Source of the DNA: Acidimicrobiaceae bacterium
GTDB lineage: Bacteria > Actinomycetota > Acidimicrobiia > Acidimicrobiales > Ilumatobacteraceae
Assembly: GCA_002698945.1 (NCBI GenBank)
Contig: NZZV01000208.1
Location: 31,069-93,712 of the forward strand
Length of the DNA stretch: 62,644 bases
Direction of reading: 5' to 3'
Every line of letters starts with the position of its first letter. The stretch's first letter is position 1. A program made the translations under genes and the position numbers. Shown here in pieces: positions 47,017-56,355 of this stretch. Below the pieces are notes generated by a model that was given only the letters and a program-made list of their open reading frames with translations, made no database searches and was not told the DNA's origin.

Positions 47017-48357
47017 GTGCGCGAGGCTGATCGGGTGGGACATGGTCGCCGGTGGGGACCGGCCGTGCGGGGCGCGACCTGGGGCGCGAGCTGGTGCCTC
47101 GTCGCGGCGTGCAGCGGTGGCTCCGACCCGGTGACGGTCGAGGCAGTGCGCGCGCAGGCCGCCACCCCGGTCGCCACGTCCCGGCCCGTCGTCTCGTCAC
47201 CGCCGCTCGTCCCTGCCACCCCGACGATCACGGCCACGACAACCACGACCACGACCACCACCACCACGACCCCAACGACCACGACCGTCACAGGCGCCAC
47301 GCCGACGACCACGCCGACGACCAGGACGACGCTGGCGCCGGTACGGCGGGTGTCGATGGCGTTCAGCGGCGACACCCTGCCCCACAGTCCGCTCTGGCGA
47401 CAGGCCGAACGCAACGCTGCAGCCGACGGCGCGACCGGCTACGACTTCGACCCGATGATGGCGGGGCTGGCGCCGATCCTGGATGACGTCGACCTGGCGG
47501 TGTGCCATCTCGAGACCCCGATCGCGCCCGAGGGTGAGGACCTGTCGACGATGCCGCGCTACGGCGTGCCGCCGGAGGTGGTCGGCATGCTGGCGTCGTC
47601 GGGCTGGGACCACTGTTCGACGGCGAGCAATCACACGCTCGACCGAGGATTCGCCGGCATCGTGCGCACCGTCGACACCTTCGACGAATACGGGCTCACC
47701 CAGGTCGGCATGGCGCGGACGCCCGACGAGATCGAGCCGCGCGTGTTCGACGCGAACGACGTCGCCGTCACCCACCTGTCGTACACCTGGAGCTACAACG
47801 GGCTCAGACTGGCGGAGGGCGACGAGTGGCAATCGGCGCTGATCGACCCCGACCGCATCCTCGCCGACGCATTGATCGCTCGGTCGCTCGGCGCCGAGAT
47901 CGTCGTCGTGTCACTCCACTGGGGCGCCGAAGGCGTCCACGAGCCGACGTCGTACCAACGACAGGTCGCGGACCGGATCACGGCTCCGGGCATCATCGAT
48001 CTGGTCGTCGGCCACCACGCCCACGTCGTGCAGCCGATCGAGCAGGTGAACGACACGTGGGTCCTGTTCGGATTGGGCAACATCTTGTCGAACCTGCCGA
48101 CGTCGGACCGATGGCCGGCCGCGAGTCAGGACGCCGCCGTCGTCACGGTCGGTTTCGAGGTCACGGAGGACGGGGTCGTCGTCGAACGGCCGGTCGTGCA
48201 CCCGACCTGGGTCGACAAGGACGCCGGCTGGATCGTCCGGTTGGTGCAGGACGAGTTGGCCCGCGACGACATCGGTGCCGGCCAACGAGGTCGTCTCGAG
48301 TCATCGTTCGCCCGGACCGCCACCGTCCTCGGCGGCCATCTGGCATCGGCACCCTGA
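47017..48357 (+). CDS. CapA (PGA_cap) family metallophosphoesterase-like lipoprotein
   Basis: LVAAC lipobox, Thr linker, HLETP, ASNHTLD, HWGAE, GHHAHV, GLGN. Start uncertain. Confidence 0.88.
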   Translation: MREADRVGHGRRWGPAVRGATWGASWCLVAACSGGSDPVTVEAVRAQAATPVATSRPVVSSPPLVPATPTITATTTTTTTTTTTTPTTTTVTGATPTTTPTTRTTLAPVRRVSMAFSGDTLPHSPLWRQAERNAAADGATGYDFDPMMAGLAPILDDVDLAVCHLETPIAPEGEDLSTMPRYGVPPEVVGMLASSGWDHCSTASNHTLDRGFAGIVRTVDTFDEYGLTQVGMARTPDEIEPRVFDANDVAVTHLSYTWSYNGLRLAEGDEWQSALIDPDRILADALIARSLGAEIVVVSLHWGAEGVHEPTSYQRQVADRITAPGIIDLVVGHHAHVVQPIEQVNDTWVLFGLGNILSNLPTSDRWPAASQDAAVVTVGFEVTEDGVVVERPVVHPTWVDKDAGWIVRLVQDELARDDIGAGQRGRLESSFARTATVLGGHLASAP

Positions 48358-48377
48358 TCCGTCGACCACCTCGGAGG

Positions 48378-48893
48378 TCAGAGTTCGACGGTGCGAGCAC
48401 CGACGTGAAGCGGATCGCGGGCGAGTGCCAGGGTCGACACGCCGATGCCGTACGTGTGGACCCGTCGATCGGGGGTGATCCGGACGAAGACCCCGTCGGG
48501 TTCATCGAGCGCGCCGTGGCCGGACACGGTCGACAGGTGGCCGGCGGCGAGCAGGCCGACGATCCGGCGGTCGTCCATGTCGATCAGCTCGGCGAAGCCT
48601 TGGAACTGCACGGTGTACGGCGGCGCCATGGGGACGCGCTTGACGCTGACCACGACGCCGACGTGCGCGTTCTCGGCGATGTTGCGGGCCTTGCGGCTGG
48701 ATCGCATGGTGTGGACGTAGAGAGCGTCCTCGCCCGGCGCCGTGTCGTACACGACGCCGGCAGCGTGTGGCCGTCCGGCTGGCGACACGGTCGACAGGAC
48801 CGCGAAGGCACCCTTTCGCAGGACGCGACGTACTCTCGCCTGCTGCTTCGGATCGGTGATGTCGGAGGTGGGAGCGACCGCTGTGGTGTTCAT
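48378..48893 (-). CDS. Pyridoxamine 5'-phosphate oxidase-family protein
   Basis: LSTVSPAGRPH, SRKARNIAEN. Confidence 0.8.
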   Translation of the reverse strand: MNTTAVAPTSDITDPKQQARVRRVLRKGAFAVLSTVSPAGRPHAAGVVYDTAPGEDALYVHTMRSSRKARNIAENAHVGVVVSVKRVPMAPPYTVQFQGFAELIDMDDRRIVGLLAAGHLSTVSGHGALDEPDGVFVRITPDRRVHTYGIGVSTLALARDPLHVGARTVEL

Positions 48894-49004
48894 GCGTCCA
48901 GCATGGGCGACGACGTCTGGATCATCCAGACCACAACGTCCGGAACACCTGTCCGATCGTCCAGCTCCCTGGACGAACGATGGTGACTGCGCCACGATGC
49001 GGGA

Positions 49005-49973
49005 GTGTCCGTATCGACGTCACCTCGAGTTGTCGCTCCGCCGATGGCCGCCGAACTCGATCCGCTCGGCGACGTGCTGCGTCTCGTCCAGCTGTCCGGC
49101 GTGTTCTACTGCCCTGCCGTCCTCACCGAGCCGTGGGGTGGATCGCTGCCACCCGAACCGAACTGCCTCTGGTTCCACGTCGTGCTCGCCGGGGTCTGTC
49201 GGATCACGGCAGCGGACGGTTCGACGGCGACCATCGAACCCGGCGACGTCGCGCTGCTCCCCCACGGCACCGGCCACACGATGATGGGCAGCGCCGACGC
49301 TGCCACGCCGTCGGTGATCGACCTGCCCCACGACGACGAGAGCGAGCACTTCGGTGTGCTGCGCCACGGAGGTGGCGGGGCCACGACGCGGCTGGTCTGC
49401 GGCGGCGTCCGCCTCGACCATCCCGCAGCTCGAACGCTCCTCGACGCTCTGCCGGCGATCATCGTCGTGCGACCGGACGAGTCGTCGCGCCGTGACTGGC
49501 TGCGTGCCTCGCTCGAGCTGATGGCCGAGGAAACCCGGGTGGTCAAACCCGGCGGCGACGTCATCGTGAGCCGGTTGTGCGACATCGTCGTCGTTCAGGC
49601 GATCCGGGCGTGGATCGATCACGATCCCGCGGCCCGATCGGGTTGGATCGGCGCGCTGCGCGACCCGCGCGTCGGTGCGGCGATCGCCGCGGTGCATGCC
49701 GACCCGGCCGGACGCTGGACGGTGTCGGCGTTGGCCGAGATCGCGACCATGTCGAGGTCGGCGTTCGCCGCCCGATTCACCGAACTCGTCGGGGTCCCGC
49801 CATTGGCCTACGTCATGCGATGGCGGATGAATGTCGCCCGGCAGGCGCTCCTCGACGGATCGACCGTGGCCGCTGCCGCACGCCGCGTCGGATACGGATC
49901 GGAGGCGTCGTTCACACGCGCCTTCACGAAGACGATCGGCACGACCCCCGGCGCAGTGCGCCGGGGGTCGTGA
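49005..49973 (+). CDS. AraC-family regulator with cupin_6 domain
   Basis: DPLGDVL, MSRSAFAARF, VGYGSEASFTRAF. The start may be ATG 49044. Confidence 0.92.
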   Translation: MSVSTSPRVVAPPMAAELDPLGDVLRLVQLSGVFYCPAVLTEPWGGSLPPEPNCLWFHVVLAGVCRITAADGSTATIEPGDVALLPHGTGHTMMGSADAATPSVIDLPHDDESEHFGVLRHGGGGATTRLVCGGVRLDHPAARTLLDALPAIIVVRPDESSRRDWLRASLELMAEETRVVKPGGDVIVSRLCDIVVVQAIRAWIDHDPAARSGWIGALRDPRVGAAIAAVHADPAGRWTVSALAEIATMSRSAFAARFTELVGVPPLAYVMRWRMNVARQALLDGSTVAAAARRVGYGSEASFTRAFTKTIGTTPGAVRRGS

Positions 49974-49984
49974 GTCGTTCCGGA

Positions 49985-50989
49985 TCAGCCCTTGACGGCG
50001 CCGGCGAGCAGGCCTCGCACGAAGTAGCGCTGGAGGGCGAAGAAGACAGCGATCGGGACGACCATCGCCACCATGCCGGCGGCGGTCAGCAGGTGCCACG
50101 ACTGACCGCGGGTGCCCGTGAGGGTCGCCAGCTGACGCGTGATCGGCGCCTTGTCCTGACCGGCGTAGATCAGGGCGATCAGGTAGTCGTTCCAGATCCA
50201 CATGAACTGGAAGATCGTCAGCGACGCGATCGCCGGGACCGACAGCGGCACGATCAGCCGGAGGAAGATCGTCATGTGTCCGGCACCGTCGATCTTGGCG
50301 GCTTCGATGATGTCGCGCGGCAACGCCCCGACGAAATTCTTCAAGATGAAGACACAGAACGGCATACCGAAGATGGTGTGGGCGATCCAGACGCCGAGGT
50401 AGGTGCCGTTCAGGTTGAAGTCGGGGAAGATCGTGACCGTCCCGATGTGGGCACCGCCGCTGAACAGCTGCAGGATCGGCACGAGCGCCATCTGCAGCGG
50501 GACCATCAGCAGCGCCACGATCGTCACGAACATCCAGTCGCGCCCGCGGAACTCGATCCAGGACAGAGCGTAGGCGGCGAGCAGTGCGAGACCGACGGAC
50601 AGCAGGACGGCGGGCACCGTGATGATGAACGAGTTCTGGAGGTACTTCCAGAGATCGTCACCGCCCGATCCCGACGACAGGACCGCCTGATAGTTGTCGA
50701 GCGTCAGGTCGGGGTCGGTGAAGAACGTCCACCACCCGCTGCCCTTCACGTCGTCCTCGGGACGGAACGACGAGATGAACACGCCGAACGTCGGAATGGT
50801 CCACAGGACCGCCAGGAGCGTGACGATGATCAGTCCGGCCTTGGAACCGAGTGCACCGCTCATGGCGGCACCTCGGCCTCCCTTCTTGTGACCGGTCGGG
50901 TCGACGTCGCCGGTGACGGCGTGGTCGACCATGTCCTGATCTGCGAACGGATCGGCCTGAGTGCCGGAGGTACCGGATGTCGTGCTCAT
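49985..50989 (-). CDS. Carbohydrate ABC permease (AglG-like)
   Basis: EAAKIDGA EAA loop, WNDY, LQRYFVRGLLAGAVKG. Confidence 0.92.
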   Translation of the reverse strand: MSTTSGTSGTQADPFADQDMVDHAVTGDVDPTGHKKGGRGAAMSGALGSKAGLIIVTLLAVLWTIPTFGVFISSFRPEDDVKGSGWWTFFTDPDLTLDNYQAVLSSGSGGDDLWKYLQNSFIITVPAVLLSVGLALLAAYALSWIEFRGRDWMFVTIVALLMVPLQMALVPILQLFSGGAHIGTVTIFPDFNLNGTYLGVWIAHTIFGMPFCVFILKNFVGALPRDIIEAAKIDGAGHMTIFLRLIVPLSVPAIASLTIFQFMWIWNDYLIALIYAGQDKAPITRQLATLTGTRGQSWHLLTAAGMVAMVVPIAVFFALQRYFVRGLLAGAVKG

Positions 50990-52011
50990 GCGCCCACCAT
51001 CTCCTCTGCGCGCTTCTGGGCTCGGCGGTTCAGGTAGATGATCGGGATGACCAGGGCGAACAGCAGTACGGCGAGCGCCGAGCCGAGGCCGCCGCGACCC
51101 TGGACGAAGGTGGTGACGTAGAACTCGTTGGCGATCGTCGACGTGCCGAACCGGCCGCCGGTGGTCGCCGCGACGATGTCGAACGCCTTCAGTCCGGCGA
51201 ACGTGATCGTCGTCGCCACGGTGATGACCGTGGTCTGGATGTAGGGCAGCATCACCTTGTAGAAGACCTGGCGGTCGGTGGCGCCGTCGACCTTGGCGGC
51301 CTCGATCAGGTCGTCAGGGACACCCTTGAGGGCCGCACTGAAGATGACGGTCGCGAATCCGGCCTGGGTCCAGATGAAGATCACGATCAGGAGGAAGGTG
51401 TTGAAGCCCGGCGCGGAGGCGGGCGGATCGAAGCCGCCGAAGCCACGCTCGAGCACCCAGAGCCGATCGCCGTTGCCGCCCATGTCGGTCGGCAGACCGG
51501 GGATCGAACCGGTGATGGCGTTCAGCAGGCCGTTGTCGAACGGCGGGCCGGCGTAGACGAAGAGCCAGGTGACACCGGCGCCGACCAGCGAGATCGCACC
51601 CGGCAGGAAGATCGCGGTCTTGAACGCCTTCTCGCCTTTCACGTTGTCCGCGAACCGAGCGACCGCGAGACCGACGACGACGGTGAACGCGGTACCCACG
51701 ATCACCCAGGCCATGCTGTTGAACACCGTCAGCCGAGTACCGGTGTTGCTGAAGATCGTCTGATAGTTGTCGATACCGACGAAGCTGTTCCCGCTGTCGT
51801 TGCGGAAACTCAGATAGATCGTTCGCAGGGCCGGCACGAGGAGGCCGGCGACGACGGCGACGGTCGCGGGCAACATGAACACCCAGTACCGGGCGCCCTC
51901 CTGCCACTTCTTCGGTAGTTTGCCCGACAGCCAGTACAGCCCGCCCAGCAGGACGCCGAGCGCGGCGAACGCGATCAGCACCGTGACGAGTGCTCGGATG
52001 AACTCACCCAT
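50986..52011 (-). CDS. Carbohydrate ABC permease (AglF-like)
   Basis: FVGIDNY, WTQAGFA, EAAKVDGA. Confidence 0.92.
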   Translation of the reverse strand: MGEFIRALVTVLIAFAALGVLLGGLYWLSGKLPKKWQEGARYWVFMLPATVAVVAGLLVPALRTIYLSFRNDSGNSFVGIDNYQTIFSNTGTRLTVFNSMAWVIVGTAFTVVVGLAVARFADNVKGEKAFKTAIFLPGAISLVGAGVTWLFVYAGPPFDNGLLNAITGSIPGLPTDMGGNGDRLWVLERGFGGFDPPASAPGFNTFLLIVIFIWTQAGFATVIFSAALKGVPDDLIEAAKVDGATDRQVFYKVMLPYIQTTVITVATTITFAGLKAFDIVAATTGGRFGTSTIANEFYVTTFVQGRGGLGSALAVLLFALVIPIIYLNRRAQKRAEEMVGA

Positions 52012-52072
52012 GAAACCCCCTGTTCAAACGGTGACGTCTGGGAGAACAGTACGCCACCCGTGCGATGGATGC

Positions 52073-52105
52073 GAAAGGGGCCGGGGCGATGCCCCGGCCC
52101 CTTTC
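52073..52105 (-). terminator. Stem-loop after the solute-binding gene (attenuator or mRNA stabiliser)
   Basis: 15-bp perfect arms gaaaggggccggggc / gccccggcccctttc with a 3-nt loop. Confidence 0.75.
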
Positions 52106-52141
52106 AGATGACGTCGGTCGACGTCGTGATCGGTGGACCGG

Positions 52142-53563
52142 TCAGCTGGCCGGCCAGCTGTCCTCGACGTTGTTCACGAACGTCTGAGCGTCGATCGAGT
52201 CGATCACCCAGGCGGTCACCTCGGTCCAGAAGGAGCCGGCGCCGACGGCGCCGGGCATCAGGTCGGAGGCGTCGAAGCGGAACACGTCGGCACCGAGCTG
52301 CAGCTCGGACAGGCCGCGGATCAGCTCGTCTTCGATCGCAGCCGGATCGATCGCCAGGTGCGGCGACAGCTCGCCACGGGTGTTCACCATGTAGGTCTGG
52401 TAGTCGACCGAACCGGTGTACCGCAGGACGTCCATCGTCTCGGGCTTGTCGGTGCCCGCGGCGTAGATGTCACCGGCGCCGAGGAGGTAGTTCGGGCCAC
52501 CCTCCGGGCTCGGCAGGTAGAAGTACCACACGTCGGCTTCGGGGCCGATCTCGGTGCCTTCGGGGAACAGCGTCGAGTAGAAGCTGGCCTGACGGTGCAT
52601 GTAGCACTCGCCCGTGGCGACGCACAGGCCGCCGTCCTGGAACTTGGTCGTGGCGATCGCCTTGACGTTGTTCTCGCCACCGAGGTAGTCGGGGTTCTTG
52701 ACGTACTCGCCGACGGCGTTGACGACGTCGAGCACCTGCGGGTCGTTGAACGGGATCTCGTGGTTGACCCACTGGTCGTAGACCTCTTCACCGTTGACAC
52801 GGAGCATGAAGTCTTCCATCCAGTCGGTGAGCACCCAGCCCGTCGCGACACCCGATTCGGCGCCGACGCCCCAGGGCACGCCGCCGTCGGCGACGATCTG
52901 GTCGGACAGCTCCTTGAGGCCCTCGAGCGTGGTCGGGACCTCGTAGCCGGCCTCGGCGAACGCCGTCGGGCTGTACCAGACGAGCGACTTCACGTTCGAC
53001 CGACCCGGGATGCCGTACACCGTGCCGTCGAAGGTGGCGTAGCTGTCCCAGCCGGAGATGAAGTCGTTGGCCGTGCTCTCGGCGAGATCGTCGGGCAGCG
53101 CGGTCAGGTAGCCGGACTCGACGTGGTTCGCCATGAGGCCCGGCTGCGGGTAGTCGATGACGTCGGGCGGATCGCCACCCTGGAGACGCACGTTGATCTC
53201 GGTCTCGAACTGGTCGGTGCCCTGCCAGTCGATCTCGACACCGGTGCACTCGACCAACGGGTCGTAGCCGGCGACGAAGTCGGCGACGGGGGTGTCGTTC
53301 TCGCTGTCACGGACGGGCGAGAAGACCGAAACGGTCTTGCCCTCGTGCTGGTTCTCGCACGGGATGGCCCCGTCGAGCAGGCTCTCGCCCGCTGCACCAT
53401 CGCCACCCTCGGTGTCAGCAGTGGTGTCCTCGGTGTCGTCACCGGCGTCGGCGGTGTCTTCGGTCGGTTCGTCGGCAGCCGGTTCGTCGTCGTCACCGCA
53501 CGCGGCGGCGACGAGCGACAACGCGACGACGGCCACGACCGGCTTCGTCCAATTGCGCTTCAT
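52142..53563 (-). CDS. Sugar ABC solute-binding lipoprotein (AglE alpha-glucoside-like)
   Basis: LVAAAC lipobox, PQPG, KSLVWY, GVATGWVLTDWMED, RFDASDLMPGAVG. Confidence 0.9.
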   Translation of the reverse strand: MKRNWTKPVVAVVALSLVAAACGDDDEPAADEPTEDTADAGDDTEDTTADTEGGDGAAGESLLDGAIPCENQHEGKTVSVFSPVRDSENDTPVADFVAGYDPLVECTGVEIDWQGTDQFETEINVRLQGGDPPDVIDYPQPGLMANHVESGYLTALPDDLAESTANDFISGWDSYATFDGTVYGIPGRSNVKSLVWYSPTAFAEAGYEVPTTLEGLKELSDQIVADGGVPWGVGAESGVATGWVLTDWMEDFMLRVNGEEVYDQWVNHEIPFNDPQVLDVVNAVGEYVKNPDYLGGENNVKAIATTKFQDGGLCVATGECYMHRQASFYSTLFPEGTEIGPEADVWYFYLPSPEGGPNYLLGAGDIYAAGTDKPETMDVLRYTGSVDYQTYMVNTRGELSPHLAIDPAAIEDELIRGLSELQLGADVFRFDASDLMPGAVGAGSFWTEVTAWVIDSIDAQTFVNNVEDSWPAS

Positions 53564-53669
53564 GATGTGGTTGGATCCTCCCCCTCCGCCGCCTGGGCGA
53601 CGGAAGCGTTTTTCTCGAGCGGCGTGGAACCGCTCTCGGTTCACGATCCGCGCTGATGTGCGGACCAAC

Positions 53670-53683
53670 TGTAAACGCTTGCA
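53670..53683. promoter_or_regulatory. Putative LacI-family operator upstream of the sugar ABC operon
   Basis: TGTAAACGCTTGCA matches the TGnAAnCGnTTnCA consensus. Confidence 0.6.
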
Positions 53684-53831
53684 GAAATCGAACGGCGGCG
53701 CAACACATTGGAAACGAAAAGAGTCGGAAGTCCCGAACGGCGAGCCCCGCGATCAGCCGCGACCGCCACCGAACACGGTGATCCGACCAGCTCCCCGCGT
53801 CGCCCGGCGAGCGGACCACTACCGTTTCGGC

Positions 53832-54962
53832 GTGCTCGAAATCGACAGCCTCGACTCGGCGATCGCGTGGGCGACGGGTCCCTCCCCCCGCCCACCTGCC
53901 GCGTTGCGCGCCCTCGATCTGCGCGACGCCCCGGGGTTCGAAGACGGTTCGTTCGACGGCTGCCTGTTCCTCTCGTGCCTGCTCACCCCGGCGCAGGCCG
54001 GCTTCCTCACCACGACGGGCGCGGCCATCGTGCGCGACCGGCCCGAGCGGCCGTACACCGCACATCGCGCCCGCCTCTACACCCCCGACGAGCTGTTCGC
54101 CGGCTTCGACCCGGGGCGCCCCGACGGGTACGACGCCACGTTCGACGCGCTGGTGTACCGGCACTGGGAACGCACCGGACGCCAGCATCCCCCGGCCATC
54201 GACGAGAGCCTCGCACGACGGCTCCACGACCACTCGATCACCGAGGCACTCCACGACGCACTCGCCGGCACCCGTTCGGTGGCGATCATGGGTGGACACG
54301 GTCTCGAACGGTCGGCACCCGGCTACGCGGCCGTGGCTCGGATCGCGCGCACCCTGACCCGCGACGGCTACACGATGCTCTCCGGCGGCGGCCCGGGCGC
54401 GATGGAAGCCACCCACCTCGGAGCGTGGATGGCGCACTTCGCCGACGACGACCTCGAGGCAGCACTCGCCGTGTTGGCACCGCGCCCCTTCGGCGCGAGG
54501 CCAGGCCAGGAGTACGCCGACGACGACTGGCTGCACCGCGCGTTCGCCGTGCGCGAGCGCTGGCCGGTGCCCGATCCCACGTTCCACTCGATCGGGATTC
54601 CGACCTGGATGTACGGCCACGAGCCGCCGGCAGCGTTCGCCACGAAGATCGCCAAGTACTTCGCGAACAGTGTGCGCGAGGAGGGTCTGCTGGCGGTGGC
54701 CACCCACGGTGTGCTGTTCACCCGCGGCTCGGCGGGCACGGTGCAGGAGATCTTCCAGGAAGCGACCCAGAACCACTACGAGAGCTACGGCGCACCGTCA
54801 CCAATGGTCTTGATCGACGTCGCCTACTGGTCGGAGGTCCTGCCGGTCTGGCCGCTGCTCACCTCGCTCGCCGGTGAGCGGCCGTACCGCGACCTCCTCG
54901 TCCTGACCGACGATCACGACGCCGCCGTCGACGCCATCCGCACCTTCGAACCCCACCGCTAG
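53832..54962 (+). CDS. LOG/SLOG-family Rossmann-fold nucleotide-binding protein
   Basis: IMGGHG, SGGGPGAMEA, PTWMYGHEP, YFANSVREEGL, GSAGTVQEIF. Start inferred. Confidence 0.8.
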   Translation: MLEIDSLDSAIAWATGPSPRPPAALRALDLRDAPGFEDGSFDGCLFLSCLLTPAQAGFLTTTGAAIVRDRPERPYTAHRARLYTPDELFAGFDPGRPDGYDATFDALVYRHWERTGRQHPPAIDESLARRLHDHSITEALHDALAGTRSVAIMGGHGLERSAPGYAAVARIARTLTRDGYTMLSGGGPGAMEATHLGAWMAHFADDDLEAALAVLAPRPFGARPGQEYADDDWLHRAFAVRERWPVPDPTFHSIGIPTWMYGHEPPAAFATKIAKYFANSVREEGLLAVATHGVLFTRGSAGTVQEIFQEATQNHYESYGAPSPMVLIDVAYWSEVLPVWPLLTSLAGERPYRDLLVLTDDHDAAVDAIRTFEPHR

Positions 54963-55048
54963 CACAGATGGTGTCGGATCCCTCCCGTGCCCACCGATCG
55001 TGCCCCCGTCCAGGTCGCCGCACGGGAGGGATCCGACACCATCTGTGC
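54962..55048. repeat. REPIN-like hairpin, copy 1
   Basis: 29-bp perfect inverted arms gcacagatggtgtcggatccctcccgtgc with a 29-nt spacer. Confidence 0.85.
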
Positions 55049-55049
55049 G

Positions 55050-56243
55050 TCAGCCCTTGGCGTTGGCGGAGCGTTCTAGGCGACCGTCGACGGTGGTCGG
55101 CAGACCGAGCAGCAGCACGACCGACACGATGCACATCGCGATGCACACGACGATCGACCAGGTGTAGGTGCCCGTCTCGTCGATGATCCATCCGGCCGCC
55201 GGGGCACCGATCAGGGCGCCGATGCCGGGCGCGGTGTAGAGGATCCCGAGGATCGACCCGAGTCCGGCCACACCCATCCGGTCGGCGACGACGATCGGTC
55301 CGAGCGCGACGAAACCGCCGTAGCCCGTGCCGAGCACGAGCACGAAGAGCACCATCAGGGCATACGACGATCCGGCCACCAGCCACACGACGAAGCTCAG
55401 ACCGTGGATGACGTAGCAGGTGCGGTAGAGGCGGAACGACCCGAATCGTCGATCGAGCACACCGAAGCCCAGACGAGACACCACGCTGGCGCCGCCGAGC
55501 ACACTCACGAGCACCGCCGCCTGGACCGATCCGACGCCCTCGTCCTTGGCGTACTGGCCGACGAACACGAACGGCACGAAGAGCGCCAACCCGAGGAAGA
55601 ACGACGACAGGTGCAGGCGACGGAACACCCGACTATGGGCGGCGTCGGCGAAGCGAGACGGCTGCGGCGAACCGTCGCCGGGCGGCGGCGCAGCGAGCGG
55701 CATGCAGAGCACCAGCACGGCCGCACCGCCGATCGCGAAGATCACGTACGTGTCGCGCCAGCCGTACCGCTCGATGAGCGCCGCGGCGAGCGGCGACATC
55801 ACGAGCGTGCCCACGCCGATCCCGGCCACGGCGACGCCGACGGCGAACGCACGCTGGCGGACGAACCAGCCGCCGACCATGGCGACCATGGGCACATAGC
55901 CGCACGCCGCGGCGATGCCGACCCCGAGGCCGTACGTCAGATAACCGGGGCCGAGCGAGTCGACGCGGCTCGTGAGCATCAGGCCGACGAACAACGACAC
56001 CGCACCGATGGCGAGCACGAGGCGCGGCCCGAAGCGATCCATCAGACGGCCGGTGATGATGCTGAGCACGAAGAACGCACACGTGGTGAGGCCGAAGATC
56101 ACCGCCGTCGCACCGCGCTCGGACCCGAACTCGTCGCTCATCGACTCGAAGAACGCACCGAAGCTGTACGCGGTGCCGAGGGTGACCGCCGACGACAGGA
56201 ACGCCGCCACGACCGTGAGCCACCCCCGCCCCGAATCCACCAT
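55050..56243 (-). CDS. MFS transporter (MCT/OFA-like)
   Basis: DSGRGW, GRLMDRFGPR, WFVRQRAFAVG; about 12 TMs. Confidence 0.9.
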   Translation of the reverse strand: MVDSGRGWLTVVAAFLSSAVTLGTAYSFGAFFESMSDEFGSERGATAVIFGLTTCAFFVLSIITGRLMDRFGPRLVLAIGAVSLFVGLMLTSRVDSLGPGYLTYGLGVGIAAACGYVPMVAMVGGWFVRQRAFAVGVAVAGIGVGTLVMSPLAAALIERYGWRDTYVIFAIGGAAVLVLCMPLAAPPPGDGSPQPSRFADAAHSRVFRRLHLSSFFLGLALFVPFVFVGQYAKDEGVGSVQAAVLVSVLGGASVVSRLGFGVLDRRFGSFRLYRTCYVIHGLSFVVWLVAGSSYALMVLFVLVLGTGYGGFVALGPIVVADRMGVAGLGSILGILYTAPGIGALIGAPAAGWIIDETGTYTWSIVVCIAMCIVSVVLLLGLPTTVDGRLERSANAKG

Positions 56244-56269
56244 CTCCGCACCGTACGCCAGCGCCACCG

Positions 56270-56354
56270 GACAGATGGTGTCGGATACCTCCTGTCCGGC
56301 CGTTGCCAAGTCGCAGTTCAGGAGACGGACAGGAGGTATCCGACACCATCTGTC
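56270..56354. repeat. REPIN-like hairpin, copy 2
   Basis: 29-bp perfect inverted arms gacagatggtgtcggatacctcctgtccg with a 27-nt spacer. Confidence 0.85.
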
Positions 56355-56355
56355 G

